Below are positions 38,641 through 58,164 of a stretch of DNA of 64,000 nt, in pieces. A program made the position numbers and the translations under genes. The stretch lies in the NCBI RefSeq assembly GCF_009914755.1, contig NC_060941.1. One strand, given 5' to 3'. Numbering within the stretch: position 1 is the first letter of the stretch; every line of letters begins with the position of its first letter. The notes under the pieces were generated by a model. That model was given only the letters and a program-made list of their open reading frames with translations, searched no databases and was not told the origin of the DNA. Origin of the DNA: the human T2T-CHM13v2.0 reference genome, Homo sapiens.

Positions 38641-38770
38641 GTATATGTGTGTATATATATGTGTGTGTGTATGTGTATGTATATATGTGTGTATATATGT
38701 GTGTATGTATGTGTATATATATGTGTATATATGTGTGTATATATATGTGTGTGTGTATATATATATACAC
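38572..38770. repeat. Compound microsatellite (TC)n then ~180 nt of TA/TG
   Basis: Read directly. Confidence 0.96.
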
Positions 38771-38869
38771 CTAGCTTGTGTGATACACACAAGTTCGTGT
38801 GTGGTTGTGCACAAAGTTTATGACGTAGGGGTTTTCTTATACTTGAAACACTACAACTGATAGCCAGCA

Positions 38870-39532
<663 letters not shown>

Positions 39533-40145
39533 TAATGTGCTTCCTGCCTGTAGTGGGAGCTTATGGCCTGATACATGGACCTCTGTTTAGTCTATGTCAT
39601 GCCAGACCCTGCAGGGCGCAGGACAGAAGACATATATGAAAACAACACATTGTAACAATACATCTATCACGTACATTATATTACATCTTAGTCTGAATGA
39701 AATAACAGTTTTTGAAGCATGTGGGAAGGAAGGAGATATTTTTTGAGCTCATCAGGAGATGGCTCTTGTTTTGGGCTTTGTAGGTTGCTAGAATTTCCTT
39801 TGATTAGGAAAATGGAGGAAGCTCTTCTAAGGTAAGGGAATGGCATGCGTGAGAGAGGGATGAGAGTGACTCACGTTCCAGGAGTAGTAGACTGAGAGAG
39901 CCCATCTTATTTGGGATGTTGCCCCCACTGACCTCCAAATGGAAGAACAGATAGGAAAAATATGTAGGGAGCTACTTCATGCTTTGCCACATACTGATTC
40001 TTTATTAAATACATGGTTTCCTCTTGTAACTTTTTGTTTTCATGTCATCATTTTCAGAACAAAGTTACAAATACAGAGATTACTGTATCTACATGTAGAA
40101 GATACATTGTACTGAAGCTTGGAAAATAACTTCTTGTGTTTAAAA

Positions 40146-40367
40146 TAAGCTTGTTCAACCGGTGGGCCGCATGCAGCCCAGGATGGCTTAGAATGTGGCC
40201 CAACACAAACTTGAAAACTTTCTTAAAAAATTATGAATTTTTAAATTTTTATTTATTTATTTGTTTTAAAAGTTTATCAGCTATCATTAGTGTTAGTGTA
40301 TTTTACATGTGGCCCAAGACAGTTCTTCCAGTGTGGCCCAGGGAAGCCAAAAGATTGGACACCCCTG
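40146..40367 (-). mobile_element. MER30 (hAT-Charlie non-autonomous DNA transposon)
   Basis: Ends ...gggaagccaaaagattggacacccctg. Perfect 8-bp TSD GTTTAAAA at 40138-40145 and 40368-40375. Confidence 0.9.
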
Positions 40368-40586
40368 GTTTAAAAAGTGTGCTACTTTGACACTTCTTTC
40401 TGCTGATCTCTCTACTATAAGGAAGCTGGCAATAGTGATTATTGATTATATATAGCATCATGTTGGGAGTCCAGGGTCTTACCGCATGGAAATTATGACT
40501 GGAGATGAGATACTCAGTTATACTAGATACATGTATTAATAAGGGAAAAATAAAGAACTAAAATATTTACATATTAAAAATCAGCA

Positions 40587-40896
<310 letters not shown>

Positions 40897-42230
40897 CTAT
40901 TTTAGAAACTGTCAACTGATGTATTCAGTCAGAATTTCTGGTTCATGATCCGTAGTTTATTCCTTCTCTCTCCATGGGCTAACCTCGGGCTGATGTGTTT
41001 TCACCGTGGTCAGAAACCTTGGTAAGGAAAGGAAAGGGGTGCTGCAGTGTACTGGTATCCTAGTTTGGAGTATTAGTTTTCATCTGGGATTGAGATTTGA
41101 GAAATACAAGTTTACATGATACTGCTACCATGCTACTGTGAACTTACAGTGTACTACCACCCCATGGGTGGAAAGGATGCTGGAACAGAAGCTAAGTAGG
41201 CTGCCCTTGTGTGTGACTGGTGAATTGGGAAGCTGTAATTTGAAATTGGGGAGATTTAGTGAATGTCTTATGTTTCCATTGCAGTCGTTTTTTTAGTTGC
41301 TGAAGCTGTACAGATAAGTAGCCAATCCCTTTTTCTCAACTTATCTCTTCATTTTTTTCCTTCTCTTAGGTTTCTAATAAGGAATGATTTGTGGTGCTGT
41401 TTGTGATAATTGGAATAAAACTCTCACTGGTTTAGAAAGCTTGGCTCACAGTTGTAAAGACTTCCATTAGCTTCCATTCAGATTTATGTTGAAGTTAAAT
41501 GGCTGTACACTAGCTTAAATCATTTTCCTCCTTTTGTTGAATTCATGCATGCAACTATACATCCTAAGTGAATGAACTGTCCTAAAATGTGAAAATGGGA
41601 GATTACTCATTTTTTAAAAATGTAAAATATTTTAACTTGATTCTTAAGTATTTACAATGTAGAAAATAGCTTAAAACATGACTGTTAAGTTCTAAATATG
41701 AAGATGTTTTTCTTAATGCTGTTATAGTTGGGAGAAGTTGTACATGGATGACTTAAAATTTAATAGGTGGGCTTCAAAATAAGATGATCATATTATGAGT
41801 AATTTGCCTAACAATACTTCTGAAGTTTTCTTTTTAGTGAACTTAATTTTATCATGTGCCAAATTTGTTTAATACTGAAGTGACTTTTGTTGCTTTAGTT
41901 TCACATTAGTTTCTTCAATCTGAATGGCACATTAATATGGAAAACTTCTCTAGAATTCTGTTTTAATTAAAAAATGAGGCTTTGTTTCTGTATATCACAT
42001 AGATGTGACTTTAAAATGGAAATGATCGTTAATTACAAACAGTTTAGAAACATGGAGGAATGATTTTTTTTTAATTTTTAGGTGCTAATTCAAGTTTAGG
42101 GATAATGGCTGATAGGCACCATTATCCTTTTTTTTTTCTTTTTTACTTATTTTGTACAACTAGGCACCATAGCACATGCTGGTATTGAGCTGGATTGATG
42201 TCTGTGTGATGCAAATTAACTTTCAAGTCA

Positions 42231-42873
<643 letters not shown>

Positions 42874-43460
42874 GGCTTGCAATGGTGGTCTGCCATGGTG
42901 GTCTGCCATGAATCTAATGAAATGTTGTGGAAGGATAATTTAGAGGCTCTGGGCTTTTTTGTTTAATTTTCTGAGTAATATGACAATTGAAGTATATTGC
43001 TAATGCTTTTCTAGATGTTATATGTTTTATTTAAAGTAAACTCTGGAAAATAGAAAGCATTTGTGATTTTAATTTTGACAGTATCGTTTGTGCACAAGTT
43101 GTTTTTGGCTGACTTACCCGTTGGTGAAGAATTATTAAAGGTCAAAGTTTTATCTCGAAATTATGAAGCACGTTATTAACTTTGGCTTCTGTTGTATTTC
43201 CAGTGTGTTCCTTTTTGTCAGGTTATATTTTATATTCTAGGTATTTTATCCTGATAGCCTGATACTTTTTCTTATATGGAGACTTTTTCTTAGCATGAAA
43301 AAAAAATTTTTTTAAGTAGAATATATTTCATGTCAGATGAGCAAAACTTTTTGTCACTAAGAAGTAACTGGGTATCTCTTACATGACATTGGGTTTTAAT
43401 ATTACTAAAATTATATATTCATAGGTGGTAGTCATGCAATAACCTGAATTCATATACTTC

Positions 43461-43768
43461 TTTTTTTTTTTTAATTTTTTATTTGAGACAGAGTCTTGCT
43501 CTGTCGCTCAAGGTGGGGTACAGTGGTGTGATCTTGGCTCACTGTAACCTCCGCCTACTGGGTTCAAGGGATTCTCCTGCCTCAGCCTCCTAAGTAGCTG
43601 GGATTACAGGCGCCTGCCACCACACCTGACTAATTTTTTTGTATTTTTAGTAGAGACAGGGTTTCGCCATGTTGGCCAGGCTGGTCTTGAACACCTGACC
43701 TCAAGTGATCTGCCACACTTCAGCCTCCCAAAGTGGTGGGATTACAGGTGTGAGCCACTCCACCTGCC
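43461..43768 (-). mobile_element. Alu (S-like)
   Basis: TSD aattcatatac. Confidence 0.93.
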
Positions 43769-45241
43769 TCTTAATTCATATACATTTAAATACTGACCTT
43801 TGTTGACCTTCTTGGTGAATCCTGTTGTCATAGGGTCAGGAAAAGCCCTGTTGTTAGAATTTTAGAGTAAGAAAGGACCGTAGAGGCTGTCTAGCCCAGG
43901 TTCTTGAATTTATACCTGTAGAACTGGCTATAAGAGTTAAGTGACTTGCTGTAAACCAAACCCCCAGAGAGTGGCCACTTAAGTCTCCAGCCCCTACCTC
44001 CTATAGGATGACCCTGTGCTATGAACCTTTGTACTTGTACTCTGTAGTCTTGACTCTCAAATGCCATTCCCAGTGAGTACAAGTGCCCATCCAATACTCT
44101 ATTTTTTTTTTTTAAAAAAAGAAAGCATGAGGGAATCTGCAAACAAAGCAGACGTGAGATTCCTTTTATTTTCTTTGAAAAACGGCAGTGCCTTTTAGAG
44201 TCAAATATGCATCTAAACTCTAGGAGTTTTACCAGGTAAATAAGGATTGTATATTTAGCTTTCATAATTTATAGGTGAACAGTCTAGTAACAACATAAAG
44301 AACTCGTATTAAAGAATATTAAAAATGCTTCAGACTTTTGATTTGTATTGGATGAGAATTCATGGGCAAGGAAGATGACCGTTCACGAAATTGTATATTT
44401 TTTCTCTCTAATTTTAACTCTGTGATTCTCTGGCAACAGGCTATACAGTTCTGGTGTTACTTAGTCTGCAAAAATCTTACATTGTTTTCATACCAGAGCT
44501 GATTTTGCCTTTTTATATATTACCTAAAATACACACATACAAATAAATTACTCATTAGTTAATCTACAAATGTACATATTTTTAGTAGCTCCCTAAACAA
44601 GATTTAAAGCTTGACTAAATGTAGTCATGGAGCTTATTATTTGGTAGTTTTGCATTCTGTAGTTTATGTAACTCTATCCTTAAAATTGAAATTATTTCTG
44701 AGTGGTACAAGCCAAATACAGAAGTCAAAGCTTTATTTTTGATAGTTTCAGTGTTGTTGATTTGAGGTTCTGACCTTGGAAATAAAGATACAGAAAATAA
44801 ACACACAAAATATACAAAATAACAATGGACATTTATGTATGCTTTTTTCAATGTTTATTTTCTAGCTAAATCCAAGCACAACCTAAAAGTCTTATAAATA
44901 TTCCATGGAAAATTTTCCTTCCTATGCTAGGTTTCTGAGTTGCTTTAAAAATTAGTCTGAAACAATGGTTACTTTTTTTCTCCTTGGTAAATTTCCCTGG
45001 GGGAGTCTCTTGGACATTCTTTATTGCCCTGAGTCTTTGAACCATATTCAGAATGAGAAACTGAAGACAGTTGGTCTGAAGATACTCGGAGGATGGACAG
45101 AAATGACCACAGCTGATTTGATATGTATGAATAATTTTGAAAAATTTTGATAGAACTCAAGTGCCAAGGACAGTTTCCATGTCGCCTTCTTTATTGTTCC
45201 TTTGTGCCTGCTATATGGATGTTATTGTCTTTTTTGAATAA

Positions 45242-45560
<319 letters not shown>

Positions 45561-45979
45561 TGTCTTAAAAAAATCTTTGATAGTTCCCAGAATGAAGGGC
45601 TGAGGGGACTTGTATTTGTTCCATGAACTCAGACTCATGCTATCCACATCCTGAAGTGATCAAACCATCCTTGGCTCTAACAACTGGAGTTCTTTCTCAT
45701 CATTACCCTTCTGAAATCTTTAGAAGAAATAGGTTTCTTTGCTCCAAACTTTTTAAACTTTTAGTTGCTTTGGAGTAATGTCACTCTGGGTGAGGTCAGC
45801 CTTGTCAGGGTGGTTGCTGAGTGCATTTATATTGGTTCTCATTGGCAGTAATCTCATTTACAAGCATAGTTAATAGAAATGGAAGGCCAAAGATCTTATG
45901 TCATTGCCTGGTCTCTTAGGAGAGATGAAATAGGAATTCATGGAGCCTCAGAGATCTGGAAAAGCATCTTCCTGTAGAC

Positions 45980-46160
45980 TAACACTGTCCTGTAGAATTT
46001 TGTGTGATCATGGAGTGTTCCCTAATCTGCACTGTCTAGTATGGTAGCCACTTGCACCATCTGGCTATTAAGCACTTAAAATGTAGAATGAATTTTTAAT
46101 TTAATTCATTAAAGTTAAATGGCTACATGTAGCTAATGGCTACTGTATTGGAAGATTCAA
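45980..46160 (+). mobile_element. MER3 (hAT) relic
   Basis: cactgtctagtatggtagccact...tggctattaagcacttaaaatgt...ctacatgtagctaatggctactgtattgga. Confidence 0.75.
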
Positions 46161-46196
46161 ATTTAGACTATTTTTAAGAAAATAAAATTCTTTAAA

Positions 46197-46495
46197 TTTT
46201 TTAAAGAGATGGAGTCTCCCTCTGTCATCCAGGCTAGAGTGCAGTGGTACAATCCTAGCTCACTGCAGCCTCCAACTCCTAGCCTCAAGAAACCCTCCCA
46301 CCTTAGCCACCCAAGTAGCTAGGACCACAGGCAGCTCTCACCGTGCCCAGCTAATTTTTAATTGTTTTTTTTTTTTTTTGTAGAGATGGGGTCTTGCTAT
46401 GTTGTCCAGGTTGGCCTCCAGCTCCTGACCTCAAGCAATCCTGTCTCGGCATCCCACAGTAGTGGGATTATAGGCATGAGCCACTGCACCTGGCT
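46197..46495 (-). mobile_element. Alu (J-like)
   Basis: Antisense dimer. Confidence 0.9.
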
Positions 46496-46539
46496 AGCTT
46501 TGGAGTATTCTTAGGGAGTAACATTGGATCATATTTTTT

Positions 46540-47040
46540 AAACCTGAATTTCATTGTAAAATAAAACACATACAGAAAACCATGCAAAACAAATGCATAG
46601 TTTAATGAATTATATGTCAACATTCCTGTAACCACTGCCCAAGGCTAAGTAGTAAAACTTGACCAGTCCTCCATGTGCCTCATCCCTCCCACCAAAGTAA
46701 TCACTATTATGACTTTTAGATTCATGGCTTCCTCATGCTTTTTAGTTTTATCACCCAAGTGATAAAACTTATCCTTAGGCACTATAGTTTGATCTTGCAT
46801 ATTTCAAAATAATTGCAAATGTCCTTAAATCTTTTTTAAATGATCACTTCCTCCTCCATCTCCTCCTTTTCCTTATAATTTATCTGGGGGAGTACCTGAC
46901 TTCTTTTGACCTGTGGAGTTTTCCACAATCAGAATTTTGCTAATTGCATGCTCCCAGTGCACGTTACCACATTCCTTTGTATTTTCTGCAAATTGGCAGC
47001 TTGATCCAGAGGTTCAAATGATCAGACTCAGGTTGATCTG
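46540..47040 (-). mobile_element. Old L1 3' fragment
   Basis: tgtaaccactgcccaagg and aagtaatcactattatgactttt motifs. Confidence 0.5.
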
Positions 47041-47384
47041 GGTTATTTAGTTTTTAAGATGCCTTTATAACTTCACATGCTTGTTAATTATGGGTCTGTT
47101 ATTGTGGAAAGAACACCAATGGAATGTTTTCTATCAAGGTGTCCAAAATTGAGAGCAGTTAGTATGATAAAATGGTTTATGTTAAATTTTGCTGTATCTA
47201 AAATGCAACACTGAGACATCTACTGAGTGCTACTTGTGGAAAATCAGATTGTCAGAGGTTTCTCTAAATGTATTTAATATGTTCATTGGACCTCTATGCA
47301 GATTGAGTTTTTATCAACTGCTTCTGTGGGCAAGAAGTGTGTATGGGTATGTCTGCTGGAGTGGTAGAAAGAATTGCTAATCAG

Positions 47385-47673
47385 ATGGGCACGGTGGCTC
47401 ATGCCTGTAATCCCAGCACTTTGGGAGTCCGAGGCGGGTGGATCACCTGAGGCCAGGAGTTCGAGACCAGCCTGGCCAACATGGTGAAACCCCATCTCTA
47501 CCCTAAATTCAAAAATTAGCTGGGTGTGGTGGCACATTCCTGTAATCCCAGCTACTGTGGAGGCTGAGACAGAATGGCTTGAATCTGGTAGGTAGGTGGA
47601 GGTTGCAGTGAGCTGAGATCACACCACTGCACTCCAGCCTGGGCAACACAGCAAGATTCTGACTCAAAAAAAA
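47385..47673 (+). mobile_element. Alu (S-like)
   Basis: TSD aattgctaatca. Confidence 0.93.
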
Positions 47674-48044
47674 ATTGCTAATCAAATCGTTATAGCCATT
47701 TACTTGTCTAAACTTCACCCACATGACTGTACATACCATCTTTTTTTTTTCCTGGTCTTTTAATTTCCAACACAAGATTAAAATTGGGTTTTAGTTATTT
47801 TTGTGCACTGGAACATCTGGTGGCAAAGAAAGCAGGAGGTGAATTGGGTGTGTTCCTGTTTGAAGAAGCAGATGGTCAATAACACTTGGACCTGCTGTGT
47901 ATAGAACTTCACATAAACATTGATATGGAGAAAGAGTTTTCATAAAAATTAGCCTCTTTACTCTTATCAGGGAGTTTAAAATATAACTAGATAAATATGA
48001 CTTAGATACACAAAATACTAAGGGTGCTTTTATGAAGAAATATA

Positions 48045-48355
<311 letters not shown>

Positions 48356-50647
48356 TTATAAGTTAATATATAAAAAAAATTTGAGAGACTTTCCAATGTG
48401 ATAAAAAAAGCAGTAGACTGGAAATTAGGTAATCTTGATTTGTCTCCAGTTTAGGCCTTTGTCCTCATCTGTGTAAATGAGGGAATTAGACTCTAGTAGG
48501 GATAGCAAACATATGACATTCTTGCCAGATACTATGGCAGATAACACTCATTAGTCACGGTCTTCATTCAGCTTCAGAATTCTTCTCAAATTTAGGGCTC
48601 CAGTGGCCATTACATATTGGTTGATTGGAACTGACATGGGAGACAACAATTTGCCATTCCTAGGCTACATCCTTTCCAAGTCCCTTCCTAGCTACAGATC
48701 TCCTCTGTGAATAAAGAAAAATCCTTGGAAGCTCTAAATTACCCTGCTAGTCAGTGTTTCTATAACATATTTCCCCCACTTCTTTTAATTCTTCCCTGGA
48801 AGTGCAGCATCTCAGAAAAACAACTATGCCAGTAAAAATTTTTCCTAAAAATGTTATCCATTGAAATATTGAACATTTCATCCAAAGCAAACCATTGGTC
48901 ATTGTGGATTGGCCTTAGGCCAGAATTGAGTTGGTTTAGAATGGGTTGGGGAGTGGGGGAAGCCAACAATCCTTTTTATCCCTTGATGTTATTTTTCTTT
49001 ATTAGCAGCATGTAAAATGTTAAATTTTTCTAATTTTTGTTGGGCCCAAGCCGATGTTTATTACATTCAATTTATGGGAACTCTTTGCAGTTGAAATTTG
49101 GTATTTGAGTCACGTATTGCTTTCATGGTCTTTTACAGAGCTCTGTGACCCAAGTAGTCACTCTGTTGCCTCCCGCCCCACTTTAAAAAAAAATCTGGAC
49201 AGGAAATAACAAAATACTAGGAGTAGACTTGTGTTTGACCTTATAGGAACCATAATTAAGGGTGAAATAGTGGGATCCTCACCCCAGCAATGCTTGATGA
49301 TAGTAGGGGTAGAGTGTCCTATTCATAAATCCACAGGAGAGAAAGTCATGTTGGAAACAGCAAGTCAGGAGGCTAATGTTCCTAAAAACCCTTTGAGAAC
49401 AGGGTGTAGAGAAGAGAGAAAAAGCCCTAAGGGGCGGGTGGTTGTGATTTATTGAAAGCTTACTCCGAATCCTTTGAGCTACCTAGAGAGCCCTAGGATT
49501 ACTTTGAGTTTATAGGACTGCAAGCTTTTGCATGCACAACTCCTATTTTTGAAAATTTGACCTTTAAAATGATTTCCTTTCCTGTCTCCCATCCCTCTCC
49601 ACCTTTCCCCCTTTTAAAACTGGACTTTTGTGTAAAGTTTTAGGTTTTAGGGTTGATGTGAAGGCCCTAAGACCTCCATCTATGAGTGGCTACCATCCAT
49701 TCACACACCTAAAAATTATTTAGCAGGTACCGTACTAGTTACTAGGAATAACCGGAGGACCTACCATTTGTTGAGAACCCCCTTTGTGTATGGCCCACTG
49801 TTAGGCACTTTATGTAGATATCTTTTCTCATTTAATCTTCACTAAATGAGGACAGATTATTTTCTGGATGTAACTCAGATTTAAGTGTTGCTCAAATCAC
49901 ACTACGTGACTGGGTTAGTGTTTGAATGTAGAGCTTCATACTCGTTCATTTTGTTTTTTCTCATGACATGGATTTTTGTGACATTTCATAAAAAAAGGTT
50001 TTTGAAAGGTAATTTCTCCGTGGGTTTGCATATCTTTAAAAGCAAATGTTGTCTTCCCTGCCCTCTGCCCTCACTCACCCGTAATAAATTGTAAAAATCT
50101 GTCTGTAAGAGCATGCTCTTTAATTTCCTGTCTTATATCCTGGTGGTATGTGATGATATAAAACAAGTGTGGCTGAGCCTGGCAAATTTATAAGATTGAG
50201 AAGGTTTCAAAGATGCATGAAAATGGGTTTACGTATAATCAAAGGTTAATTCAACTCTAACACTTTACTTTTGAGGAGCATCCTCTTTTTTGTATCCCTA
50301 CCTGGGGATGAGAGCTGCTAGGAGCGCAGACAACTCAGTAATTGTGTGCCTGCCTCATGCCTAGTCTGTTCATCCTTTTGAGCTGTCAAGATCAATTATG
50401 TTGAACATAGCCAGAGTGGGGTGTAGTCTGGGTACAGACTCAGCTTTTCTTGGCATTGGCAGTATGTGACTTCTGTATCTGATGTGTCCATCCAATTCAT
50501 ATTTTGGAATTTACTTAGATATGCCTCTTATTCATCAGTATTTGAAAATTCTTGATAATCTAAAGTTTGATCCAGGGGAGATTTGCTGAAAGTGACATCA
50601 AACAGTACCTTTGTTTTACTTTTAATAATGGATTCATGTAAAAATCA

Positions 50648-51273
<626 letters not shown>

Positions 51274-51549
51274 TTTCTGGATGTTTCTATCGTCATGTGC
51301 TCCCGTAACCGCCAGCTATCTGACATCAACTCTGTAAACTTCATGTCCTGTGTCTCCTTCGTCCACATGACTTACATTTTTTTATTTCAATTCATCTTTT
51401 CTGCTCTCATCTCTATTTCTCATCTTTTTGAAATTTGTAGTCATCAGATAGCTTTTATTTGAGTATTAATATGACAAGTTTAGAGGAGAATTATTTCACA
51501 GAATGAGGTCTGAAATTTTAGGTGACTATTCAACAGATTTTTTTTCCCT

Positions 51550-53470
<1,921 letters not shown>

Positions 53471-53815
53471 GGCAGAGTAAAGGAAATACCTCTGCAGCCA
53501 TCTGAGCAGTAATTCCCTGGAGAGTTACCAAGGATTGTTCAGTCAAACACACCCCGTCATTTATCTGGATAGTTCTATTTTTCCATACATTGTCTTTGAT
53601 CGAAATGTCGATCTTTTTTCAACCAGCCGGGATGAAAATGGTGTGAATCGTGTTCTCTCTCTTTAGAAAGAAACTGATAAAATTGGGTTTTCTTTGTTCT
53701 TCCTTTTATTTTCATCCATTCAATACCTAGTCCTCACTGAGCTGGTCTTACTCAACCCATTCCCTCTGCTGGTCTGTTGGGTACTAATAACAGATGGAAA
53801 CAACTGGGAAGATAA

Positions 53816-54132
<317 letters not shown>

Positions 54133-55139
54133 CTGGAGATAATATTGATATGTGACTCAGGGAGGTACCAAACCGAACTGTTGCCCCCTTTCCTTTATTT
54201 ACTTATCCAGGATATTTATCTATATCTGTAAAAGGATTTATTATTTTTTAGAATCGTACAGCTGTAATGTCTATTCATCCTGTCAGAAGAGATAAAGCGG
54301 ATCAGTAGGCAAGCATTTGTTGCTGCTTGAGAGAGATTTTATTAAGCTAAAATATTCCATTAGACTCAACTCCATTTTCAAATATTTTGTTAAGAGGGTC
54401 TCAGGATGACTGTAGGAAAAAGGTATTTGGAAGATTGTGTACACTGACAATAACTAGATTACAAAATTTTATAAATTAGTTAAGATGGACTTTAAAATAG
54501 CAACAGGAAAAACAATTTTGGACTTGTCTGCGAGTGCGAGTGAAGCTGATAGTAATGAGATTTATGGGTTCTGGCCCTGCAGGGATCCCAGTAGGGATGA
54601 ATAAAGCACATGCCTGCTAGTACATTCACTGATTCTGCTCTTGGATATATTATTTACTTCTTTCCTCTTTTAGTAAGACTTTCATCTGTATTAGTAATTG
54701 TTCTATACTTTTAATCTCTGGAGCAACTCCATAAATTAACAAGGGGTTGTGTCTAAGATGATGCTGATAGCCCTGAAGATGTTTTATTTAGTGCTTTTGG
54801 GATGATGTGCAGAGATGGGATGTCAGAAGGAATAATTTGGAATCTTATCTCCCTGCTCCTTGGACTCATGTTATCAGGGGAAGGGAGCTTGGGGATGTGG
54901 CTGTCTTAGCTGTGTCCTCTGATGGCCTCATCTCAGTGGTTTGGGTTGAAAGACTGTATCTCGTGCTTCCTGTCCCATCAACCTCTCCCTTCGTCTGTTT
55001 TTCTCTTCTGTGTTTAAGTATAAACAGAACCCCTTTGTACCTCTCATCTCTTTATCTTCTGAAGACTCTGATGTGGCTACTATGCTCTCCCATTTGGTTA
55101 ATGCTACTTTAGGTATTTAGTATCTTTATACTTTTGTTG

Positions 55140-55500
55140 TGTTAGTTGTGATCAGCAAAGTTCTATGCTGTAGCAACACATTAATCTGCAGATCTCAGTG
55201 GCTTAACACTACAGAGGTCCACTTCTCCCTTGCTGTTCATATTCATTGTGAGTCGGTACCGGGACTCTCCTCTGCACAGACTTGTAGGATCTCAGTACCT
55301 AGAACCTAAGGCCGGATCTTTCAGGAGCTGGGGAGGAGGGACTGGAGGATCTCTCATGGGCTTTTCATTGCTTCAGCTCAAAAACACTTCCACTCAAAGT
55401 CATTGGGCAGAGAAAACCACACAACTTAATTATCTTAAGAGGTGGGGACAGGGGAAGTGGAGCGACCGAGAGAAGGGTTGGAACATACAGACATAAGAAT
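55140..55500 (-). mobile_element. Old MaLR (MLT1-type) LTR relic
   Basis: tatgctgtagcaaca...atctcagtggcttaacactacag and acttccactca...cattgggcaga motifs. Confidence 0.5.
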
Positions 55501-55887
55501 GAGAAAGTCTTACGAGTGTTCTGGTCTCTGCCCCATCTGTATTATCTTTGTTTCTGGGAAGGAAATTTCTGACAGCTGTGTTGCTAGCATAACCTCTTGG
55601 TTGGTAAATGCATTGCTGTAGACTTTTCCTTGATGGAAACTTTCTCCAAGACAATATAAACTACGCATTGTCTCTTTCTTGTTAAACCACTTTTTTTTAC
55701 AGTTTATTTTTTCGTTTGCTGTTGAAGATTTGATCAGTATTTTCCTTTTGAATCCAATGGTAGCAAACCAATTTTTTTTTTTTAGAATATATTAAGGCAA
55801 AAGAAAACAACTTTTACCCCATTCATAATAGGATGTATAAAAGTAATACCTCTTGGAATAGACCATGGGAATTCTGGTGATACCTAG

Positions 55888-56250
<363 letters not shown>

Positions 56251-56392
56251 CTGAAAGTATTTTCAAAGCCTCTGCTATGGAGTATAGTGTGAGATGTGGA
56301 GAAGCTGCAGAGGGAGGGGCACGTTAGCATCTAAAGACTCTGTTGACCATCATCCACATTAGGTCCATTCTACCATTTTCTATGAAGTCTAA

Positions 56393-56715
<323 letters not shown>

Positions 56716-57653
56716 GGTTCCTGATATTTTTAAGGGATTTGTTTGTGATTTAAGAATCTGGCTATTTTATAGGACGCTTAAGTGTTCTTTGTTTAAATAA
56801 AATTAAAACTTCAAATTTTCCTTTACAACCATTTGACCAGTTACCTCTGTTTCATCTGCCATACATGGAAATAGCTTTCCCAGAGAAACTGACATGAAGG
56901 CATGCAGTCTACTACATCAATGACATCTACATTACAAATAATTTAAAAATAGTATATGAAGCAGAGACTGGGTTTACCTATTAGAAAATCTAACAAACTA
57001 TAGCAAATAAGCATAATTTTTAAGGAAAACAGATCCCTCTAAATGGTGCAAATTTTATATTAATGAAAGAACTCAATCTTTAACTCATATTCTTGTTATA
57101 GCATGAATGATCAAGCTGTTTTCTGATAAATAGTTCAAGGATAAAGTGGTCTAATTTGAATAATGGGACTTTATTAGGGGCATCTGCATTAACGTGATTT
57201 GAAGCACATGTTTGTATGCTCACTCAGTTGCCTTTTATATAATTACATTCTTTATCAGTTGTTGGTAAAGGTTCACTTCATTTTAACTAGTTTTCAAGTT
57301 CTGTCAGGGGAGAGAACCTCTTATTCCCCATGCCCTGTGCTTGTGAAGGGGTCTGGGCTACGTAAATGGGAGGGAGTGAGACTGAAGGGGATTAAGTCCT
57401 GGCCTTTGCAGTTCTGTTGTCAGCCTCCCCCAGGAACCAGTGCCTGACTCCTTGGGTCCATCTGTTCCGAGCCCTGACAGACAGGACAAGTAGAAGTAGG
57501 TCTAGTCTTTCTTCCTACTGGAGGGTAACTTCGGAGAGTCTTTAGGATGATGCTCTTCATTGAAACCTGGGGGTTATACTTTTTAAAAAAATGTGTTTCA
57601 CTGTCCCCTTACCCTCTGATTATACTAGTCTTGTGTTCTTTTTAGAACACCTA

Positions 57654-58003
<350 letters not shown>

Positions 58004-58164
58004 ACTGTAATATAGTATAAAAAAGAAATGAAGTTACACATGATCAAGTCATCTCTGTTAATCTTTTGTTATACTCTTCTGTCTTTTTAAGTGTGTGTGT
58101 GCTTATTTTTTTTTCCTCATGTTACAAAAATACATTTTTAGGTCTTTTGTTAAGAATATATTGT

